From Eledone cirrhosa (taxonomy: Eukaryota): a DNA stretch of 64,000 nt. A program made the translations under genes and the position numbers. The stretch lies in assembly GCA_964016885.1 (NCBI GenBank), contig OZ024756.1, positions 32,178,001 to 32,242,000 on the forward strand, written 5' to 3'. Positions 62,111 to 64,000 of the stretch are shown piece after piece (the first letter of the stretch is position 1; the number at the start of each line of letters is the position of its first letter). The notes beneath the pieces were generated by a model, which did not search any database, was not told the origin of the DNA, and saw only the letters and a list, made by a program, of their open reading frames with translations.

Positions 62111-62369
62111 TTTAATTACATAATAAAAAACACAATATAATTATTCCTTTACCAAAGCTTTCAAGAAAGTAGACGAGCACTACAGGACCGAAACGTCTAT
62201 TCCGTTAATCAGATGAAATAGTTACACATATATATATATTCTTTTACCTGTTCCAGCCATTCGGCTGAGGCCATGATGCTGGGGCACCGCCTTTACACAC
62301 ACACACACACACACACATATACATATATATATATTTTGTGTCTCGTTTGTCCTCCATATTGCTGAACAG

Positions 62370-62410
<41 letters not shown>

Positions 62411-62698
62411 AGTAAGTAAGACCCCGACGGCTGAGCTCAAGCCGTTTCGACGGCTAATTCTAATATATATATATATCAAATAGAAATAATAACAAATTTG
62501 AAGACTAAAATCCAAAGAGGGCTCGAAAAGGATAAATATATATCAAATATATAAGAACCGTAGAGCAAATATTTATTAAAATAACAGATTAAAGTTTAAG
62601 CAAATAATCGCTGCTTTCACCCTTAACGGGATCTTCAGAAGATCCCATTAAGTGTGAAAGCAGCGATTCTTTGCTTAAACTTTACTCTGTTATTTTAA

Positions 62699-62730
<32 letters not shown>

Positions 62731-62786
62731 TTGCAGTCCAGTATGCATTGTTTAGCCTTCTATCTCTTTCAACGTTATATATACAC

Positions 62787-62817
<31 letters not shown>

Positions 62818-63454
62818 TATGTATATATAACGTTGAAAGAGATAGAAGGCTTAACAATGCATACTGGACTGCAATATGAGGTAACGAAAAGTAAATGTTA
62901 CCAGGTAATCTTTTATTTTTGTTTTGTTCCAATTTCCTCTCTGCGGGATACAAATTTGATTTTGATTAAAATCCTTTCTAAGTCGCGCGTGTGTGTTCGT
63001 ACGTCTGTTTGTGTATGTGTGTGTGTTTGTGAATGTGTGTGTGTATGTTTATGTATGTGTGCGTTGTGTAACATACGACAGAACATGAAAATGGCTGCTT
63101 GTTTGTCTGCCCTTAAGAGTACTTTCTCAATTTTAAAACAAATTCATTGTATATATATAGATATAAATATTAAAACAATGAAATTAAACAAAAAACTGTT
63201 AATTAATAGTAAAACTCATTAATTTACGATCGTTTCTGGGGTGTGCACGCCGTATGTCCATTATCTGTGTGTATATATATATATATATATATAATATATA
63301 TATATATATTAAAGAGTTAAACAAGATTCAATGTGTATCTCAAAGAATGAGTTTTACAGTAGATTGGAAGCACTCTACAAAAAATTATTTTCCAGAGTTA
63401 TTAATATTAAAATACAAATATTAATAAAATAGATGTTCTTTTGATCAATTAAAT

Positions 63455-63503
63455 TTTATTAGACATATTTCAGAGGTACAACAGTACGTCCTCATCAGAC
63501 AAA
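63455..63503 (-). ncRNA. Hammerhead-like motif
   Basis: Reverse complement: CTGATGA-ggacgtac-tgtt-gtacctct-GAAATATGTC-taataaaa. Stem I poor. Confidence 0.55.
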
Positions 63504-64000
63504 ATATAATGATACATGACATACCCTGAGATGTTAAATGGTTAATATTTAATCAAGGTAGTGATTAACCTAAGAGAAAACTCAACATTTATACCCTAAT
63601 AATGAGAAAATGCGAAAACATAATAAATTCAATAGAGGATGTATGAGTAAGAAAAACGTTGCTTAATGTGACAGCTATAGAGATTTTAAAATGTGGGATA
63701 CTACAAATTATGGTTATCTAGGAAAACGTCTCTTGAATTATAACTGTTTATGAAGGCCACTGATTTAAAGAGAGGAAAGATAAAGGGGAGTAATATGTGC
63801 AGAAAAAAAATTTGTTTTCCTCAAAGGCTAAACGGTTAAGTTTCAAAATATTTACTTTATGTTATTTTAAGGGTGAAGAATCAAAATTTTAGGTTTTTAA
63901 AAAAGTTAATGGTTATATTTATTAATTTTATAAATTCTATAAATGTGTTAACATTTCTAAACTTCTGAATTTTATGAGGACAAAATTAAAGGATTTACCT

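Noticed and set aside
63510-64000. Possible PLE ORF remnant upstream of the 63455 ribozyme motif (minus strand)
   Set aside because: The frame inspected has stops, the ORF track shows nothing here, and no recognisable RT or GIY-YIG motif was found.

Overview
Eukaryotic, AT-rich, microsatellite-saturated non-coding DNA. The SINE and (TA)n content suggests a mollusc, probably an octopus (inference). No host gene can be supported, and almost all track ORFs are artefacts of (TA)n, (CA)n, (GA)n and (CTA)n tracts. The only real coding sequences are retroelement-derived: a GC-rich, 5'-truncated L1/Tx1-type LINE (about 16990-20740; frameshifted AP-endonuclease, open 927-aa RT plus zinc-knuckle ORF, followed by (TCTA)n), a CRE-like RLE C-terminal fragment (about 14.1-14.4 kb) and a decayed C2H2-finger/RTE-like 3' end (about 31.9 kb). 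There are about 20 copies of a tRNA-derived SINE, two clear copies of a second SINE and several minisatellites. The most striking signal lies in the short 'islands' between (TA)n tracts. Many carry type-I hammerhead ribozyme motifs (CUGANGA...GAAA...UH), as known from Penelope-like elements and retrozymes, and they come from many distinct families. Many islands are fold-back inverted repeats whose symmetry centre lies on or next to a ribozyme hairpin, the core or the palindromic stem III. All structures were folded by eye and coordinates are approximate to a few bases.
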